From positions 4,526,001 through 4,590,000 of the forward strand of contig CM022674.1 of NCBI GenBank assembly GCA_012295275.1: a stretch of DNA of 64,000 nucleotides, given 5' to 3'. The position numbers and the translations under genes are program-made. A model generated the notes under the pieces. That model saw only the letters and a program-made list of their open reading frames with translations. It was not told where the DNA came from and did no database searches. Every line of letters starts with the position of its first letter. Within the stretch, counting starts at the first letter, position 1. Positions 57,491 through 64,000 of this stretch are shown piece after piece. The DNA comes from Chrysomallon squamiferum (lineage: Eukaryota > Animalia > Mollusca).

Positions 57491-57926
57491 CATGATATCG
57501 GGGTCGTGATATGGTACTGACATGAACAAGAAAGTGCTGAGCGACGTCGTGTACGCGTTGGCCAGCGTTAACCCGTCCCATTGCTTCGAGACGTTGATAT
57601 TCCGTTAAGCCATAGAGGCATGCGATATAAAACAGATGGTGTTATTTCCATTATTCACAGCGACAGGGCGAAGCTTTACCGTTTCATTTTAATTTATTTG
57701 GAAGCTTAAGTCATTTACAAAATCTTGCTAATGTTGTTTGGTTAAGTATATGTTGGACAAATATCTGTGCAGTCACGAGATAGAAGTGAATCGATTGGTA
57801 ACAAATTTAAACAATAACCGAATTAAATGATTTCTTGTCATAATAAACTAAGAGCTTTTTTCTTAACCGGACATAATGATAAGTTTAATTGATGTTAATT
57901 AAATAAATTCGAATGCATGTGTGTAC

Positions 57927-57957
<31 letters not shown>

Positions 57958-58205
57958 TGTATGTATGTATGTATGTATGTATGTATGTATGTATGTATAT
58001 ATATACAGGTACGACAAACTCGACTGCAAACTTGGCTTTACTGAATGTGTGTTGCTTGTTGAGTTCAACTGGTGTCTTGACACAGGGTTCTGCTAATTGT
58101 CTCTTGAGAAACTGAACATTCTGTTTACATCCAAACTGCAATTACATTATTTTAGCTGTATTAAATTATTCTATTTGTTTATTGTTTATTTTGTCTTTCT
58201 TATAT

Positions 58206-58236
<31 letters not shown>

Positions 58237-58274
58237 TATATAGATAGATAGATAGATAGATAGATTTATAGACT

Positions 58275-58358
<84 letters not shown>

Positions 58359-58860
58359 TTACTTAATAATATTTTAGACTTTTCATCATGAAATACAGAT
58401 TTATTTTCCCTAATGGAACAGTTGCTGTTAGTATTAAGAAAGTGTACCACATATCTGTCAGCATTATGGACAACATGAGGTTATTTCTAACTACTGCTAC
58501 ATGTTACTAGGATGTATACAGATAAACTGTACTGCTAATGACCATTCAGTATTCGTATCTACGTGTTTCAATCTACATCTGTTTATTTCTGTATATGTGT
58601 GTCTCCATGTCTGAATCTGTGTGTCTGAGTGTATGTGTTTGTGTGTGTGTGTGTGTGCGCGCGTGTTTGTGTGTGTGTGTATAAATGAGACTACGTCTAT
58701 GTGTCCGTACGTCGGAATGTGTGCATATCTGTATCTATCACTTTGTGTTTATATATTAAGAAATCAAATCTCACGTATTAGCTGAACATAATATTTCTCG
58801 CTCGGTACAGAGCAAGATCAAAGAATATACACCATTCCCGTCAGTTAAATTTTATTACCA

Positions 58861-59939
58861 TCAGAAAAACTTATAAAGACAATCCAAAACTCCATTATCT
58901 TTGCAAGTACAAGGGTAGTACCACCACCAGGGACCACCATGGAATCTTGTGTATGGTTTGACACAATTGCCTTTGTATTTGCAACCTGAAATCAATGAAA
59001 CAAGAAAAATAAATAGATCGAATACAACACGACGTCAGATTGATTGCTGAAAGTATCAAAATATAATACATAAAACAAAATCGAAAAAAAACAATTCTCA
59101 GACAAAAGAGAAAATGTAAAAACTGCGAGATAAGTGTTTCAGAAAAATAACTCTCATGGTTCTGTTAAAATGTTTCGAAAAGTTAGGTCTTGTTGTCTTT
59201 GATAGAATTGTTTTGTTTTCTTTTGTTGTTTTTTTTATTGACAGTTTTTTGCGTGTGTGACTGAGTTTGAATGTTAACAAGAATGATCGACTAACACTCT
59301 GAAGTGAAAACATGAACTGTCATATCCATTGTTTTAAAAAGTTTTGTTAGGAAGAAGAACAGGTTAAAATTCTCATATGCTTCCAATGTCTCTACAACTA
59401 ATTGTTTGGTTGATTTGAAACGTATGGGATAGAAAGCAAAATATGAGACAGTTTTATACAGGGTCTATATCTCCAAACCTGTATATTTACCAATGTCTCG
59501 GTGGGTATCATACTCCGATTCAGATACAAAATATATTTGAAAATATTTGGTAGAAACAATGATTGTTACCGCGAACATTTGTCTTCAACACGCCTGTATT
59601 ACTACAAATCTGAAATAAGCCGTTTTCTCCAGACATTTCACCTTTCTTCAAGCAATCTTTTCCTTTCGTAACTATACAAGCTTAAGAAAAAAAAAAAAGA
59701 AAAAAAAAAAATGATTTATAACATTCGTAGACGTCAATGCAATCGTGAACATACCACAAATTTACTGCTACATTACAAAAATAAATAGTAACTCAGATAT
59801 TTAGGATCAAACTACAATAAAACCGAATGAAAGAAACACAAGGACAATGATGCTATTATCCAAATCATTAAAACCATCTTGATGTTAGTCATCATCATGG
59901 TCTCTTGCTCTTTTTATAGTCACCATCACCGTTGTGTAG

Positions 59940-59972
<33 letters not shown>

Positions 59973-60068
59973 CAGAGGGATTTGTGTGTTTTTTCTTATT
60001 CTTATTCATCATCGTCAACACCACCAAAATTAGCATCATCATTGTGAACATCACCAAAATTATTATCA

Positions 60069-60108
<40 letters not shown>

Positions 60109-60183
60109 GTTGTTGTTGTTGTTGTTATTGATGTTGTTATTGTTGTTGTTATTATCATCAGCAGCACCACCATCATCATCATC

Positions 60184-60253
<70 letters not shown>

Positions 60254-60512
60254 GAGAAGCATTGCTACTCTTAGTTAAGTTGAAATTACTTACAAGAGTT
60301 TTGCTTAGGTCCATAAACGATAAACATTACATTTATTCTTTTTCCATCGTCTAACTGTTCTACGAGGACTCTATAACTCATCTTTCCACATTTAGTCAAG
60401 GATTGTACACCTGTTGCTTGAATTCGACTACCATACATATCAACGTCTGTGGAATAGCAGACAGGGAAATCCAGTTATAATTTGATTTTATCTGTGCATC
60501 TTTCCACACACA

Positions 60513-60577
<65 letters not shown>

Positions 60578-61049
60578 ACACACATATACACACACACGCA
60601 CAAGAGAGAGAGAAAGAAAAAAACACCTGATAAGCCGAACGTTTTGTCTTTCGAAGTACAAAAACTAACAAAAGAGTCTTAACCGGTGGTATATACGACA
60701 CAGACTACGTCTGTGATTCGGACAATTGCGACGACGACGACCACTATGTTGACAACGTATACGTCAGTTGTGGCCACTGTATCGGCGCTGTGCATCACTT
60801 CGACCGATGCCGTCTTTTTTGTTAATCAGCTGCCGCCAGATTGTGTAATTTATGTAATAATTTAACTTTTTTGTTATGTTATGTGATCTGGAAAGGAATA
60901 TTGTTCCAGCATCTTAATGTATTTTTGAACATATAGGTAATCAGCTCCTTGACGGATTAACATATGATGTGCTTTCTTTTACTGACAACTGATTAAATTA
61001 TATATACATAGATAAATATTCAGAGAGAGATAGACAGACAGAGAGACAG

Positions 61050-61126
<77 letters not shown>

Positions 61127-61930
61127 TGTTAAATTATTGTCTAATTTAACTATTTCAGAAGTAGAAATAATTATCTAGTTACGATTTTAAAATACACTCC
61201 ACAAAATTGATTAAATTTTTGACAATGTGCTTATAAAATTTATTTGAATAATACGTTCAATCACCTTTCAGGCAAAACAGTTGTACTAGTTACACCAGCC
61301 TTCTAGCAATCTTACTTCTTAATTTACTATATTTCTACATAGAAACATTTCTATTTGAGAAAATACTTACAAGAATTGCAAGGATCAGCTTGGATACCCC
61401 CGTCTTCACAAACAAGAATAGCTGGCCCATAAAAATTGAACTGATGAATTATACTGCCTACTGCATAGCTGCCCTACTCAGTCTCACACTTCTTAGTACC
61501 ACTATTGTAAAAAGCTTTGTGAGCTGAAAAAATAAATAAACAGATCTGTATATCTATCTGTCTGTCCATGTTCTATTTAACCCCTACCATGCCTCCAACT
61601 TTAAGTTATTGTTTTTATTATCGTTATTATTATCGATTTTACTATTGCTGTTGCTTTTCTTGTTCAAGTTATCGACGTTCTTTCTGTGGTTCTTCTGACC
61701 TTTTCCTTATTGTGTTTCCTTCATTGTTTCTGTTGTCGTTGTTGTTTTTCTTTCGTTTCTTTCTTGTTTTTTGTTGTTGTTTTTTTTTTTTTTTTTTTTG
61801 TTTTTTGGGGGTTTTTTTATAAAAAGATTTTAATAATTAGTAACATTACCTTTTAATTATTTATTTAGCAAGAGTAAAATGACGTACTTGATTCTCCACT
61901 GATAAGAATTTCAGACTGCACGTGTGGGAA
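58861..61930 (-). pseudogene. Copy I of the family: 5'-truncated exon 1 and in-frame TAG in exon 2
   Basis: Exon 1 remnant ~61930-61888 (FPHVQSEILISGES, no in-frame ATG); exon 2 61523-61371 with CETE*G (TAG 61476-61474 where all intact copies have TGG); exon 3 60446-60294; exon 4 59680-59570 (third Cys replaced by Gly); exon 5 58985-58861 (GCKYKGNCVKPYTRFHGGPWWWYYPCTCKDNGVLDCLYKFF*). Confidence 0.82.
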
Positions 61931-62156
61931 TCATCAACAAGACGGCATCGGTCGAAGTGATGCACAGCGCCGATACAGTGGCCACAACTGACGTATACGT
62001 TGTCAACATAGTGGTCGTCGTCGTCGCAATTGTCCGAATCACAGACGTAGTCTGTGTCGTATATACCACCGGTTAAGACTCTTTTGTTAGTTTTTGTACT
62101 TCGAAAGACAAAACGTTCGGCTTATCAGGTGTTTTTTTCTTTCTCTCTCTTTGTGC

Positions 62157-62227
<71 letters not shown>

Positions 62228-62299
62228 TGTGTGTGTGTGTGGAAAGATGCACAGATAAAATCAAATTATAATTGGATTTCCCTGTCTGCTATTCCACAG

Positions 62300-63729
62300 A
62301 CGTTGATATGTATGGTAGTCGAATTCAAGCAACAGGTGTACAATCCTTGACTAAATGTGGAAAGATGAGTTATAGAGTCCTTGTAGAACAGTTAGACGAT
62401 GGAAAAAGAATAAATGTAATGTTTATCGTTTATGGACCTAAGCAAAACTCTTGTAAGTAATTTCAACTTAACTAAGAGTAGCAATGCTTTTCTAATAATA
62501 ATAATAATAATAATAATAATCATAATAATAATAATAATAATAATAATGATGATAATGATGATGATGATGATGATGATGGTGCTGATGATGATAATAACAA
62601 CAACAATAACAACATCAATAACAACAACAACAACAACAACAACAACTACACAACGGTGATGGTGACTATAAAAGAGCAAGAGACCATGATGATGACTAAC
62701 ATCAAGATGGTTTTAATGATTTGGATAATAGCATCATTGTCCTTGTGTTTCTTTCATTCGGTTTTATTGTAGTTTGATCCTAAATATCTGAGTTACTATT
62801 TATTTTTGTAAGGTAGCAGTAAATTTGTGGTATGTTCACGATTGCATTGACGTCTACGAATGTTATAAATCATTTTTTTTTTTTTTTTTTTTTCTTAAGC
62901 TTGTATAGTTACGAAAGGAAAAGATTGCTTGAAGAAAGGTGAAATGTCTGGAGAAAACGGCTTATTTCAGATTTGTAGTAATACAGGCGTGTTGAAGACA
63001 AATGTTCGCGGTAACAATCATTGTTTCTACCAAATATTTTCAAATATATTTTGTATCTGAATCGGAGTATGATACCCACCGAGACATTGGTAAATAATAC
63101 AGGTTTGGAGATATACACCCTGTATAAAACTGTCTCATATTTTGCTTACTATCGATAGCTTTCTATCCCATACGTTCAAATCAACCAAACAATAATTGTA
63201 GAGACATTGGAAGCATATGAGTATTTTAACCTGTTCTTCTTCCTAACAAAACTTTTTAAAACAATGGATATGACAGTTCATGTTTTCACTTCAGAGTGTT
63301 AGTCGATCATTCTTGTTAACATTCAAACTCAGTCACACACGCAAAAAGACTGATCATAAAAAAAAAAAAGAAAACAAAACAATTCTATCATAGACAACAA
63401 GACCTAACTTTTCGAAACATTTTAACAGAACGATGAGAGTTATTTTTCTGAAACACTTATCTCGCAGTTTTTACATTTTCTCTTTTGTCTGAGAATTTTT
63501 TTTTTTTTCGATTTTTTTATGTATTATATTTTGATACTTTCAGTAATCAATCTGACGCCGTGTTATATTCGATCTATTTATTTTTCTTGTTTCATTGATT
63601 TCAGGTTGCAAATACAAAGGCAATTGTGTCAAACCATACACAAGATTCCATGGTGGTCCCTGGTGGTGGTACTACCCTTGTACTTGCAAAGATAATGGAG
63701 TTTTGGATTGTCTTTATAAGTTTTTCTGA
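62300..63729 (+). pseudogene. Partial copy J of the family (exons 3-5 only); inverted duplicate of copy I
   Basis: Exons 62300-62452, 62900-63010, 63605-63729, near-identical to I. No exon 1 or 2 upstream on the plus strand. Confidence 0.78.
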
Positions 63730-64000
63730 TGGTAATAAAATTTAACTGACGGGAATGGTGTATATTCTTTGATCTTGCTCTGTACCGAGCGAGAAATATT
63801 ATGTTTAGCTAATACGTGAGATTTGATTTCTTAATATATAAACACAAAGTGATAGATACAGATATGCACACATTCCGACGTACGGACAGATAGACGTAGT
63901 CTCATTTATACACACACACACAAACACGCGCGCACACACACACACACAAACACATACACTCAGACACACAGATTCAGACATGGAGACACATATATACAGA

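Larger units (their letters stand above)
58589..64000. repeat. Inverted duplication/palindrome, arms ~58589-60816 and ~61939-64000 (runs off window), ~1.1 kb spacer
   Basis: Reverse-complement near identity across exons 3-5 and their introns of copies I and J. Confidence 0.9.

Overview
Eukaryotic (animal-type) genomic DNA: very AT-rich, dense in microsatellites, with GT-AG introns. The composition resembles SSR-rich invertebrate genomes such as cephalopods, other molluscs or decapods; this is an inference and the taxon cannot be fixed from the sequence. Almost all entries in the ORF track are microsatellite artefacts. The real content is a tandem/inverted cluster of one 5-coding-exon gene family that the ORF track misses. 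It encodes ~202-211 aa secreted proteins with a signal peptide, a conserved 12-Cys scaffold and a C-terminal GC-x5-C...GWWWW-x3-C-x-C-x7-C module. By manual splicing I find 7 copies with intact reading frames (A-, B+, C+, E+, F-, G-, H-), 3 broken or partial copies (D-, I-, J+), three orphan exon-2 relics, stray exon fragments and an orphan upstream region. All coding introns are phase 1. Mature-protein exons are more divergent than neighbouring introns, which suggests diversifying selection with birth-and-death evolution. I do not recognise the family. Also present: a candidate unrelated 3-exon secreted-protein gene (22852-23952), two >2 kb inverted duplications, degenerate LINE fragments and several minisatellites, one of them tied to the 5' region of the family genes.
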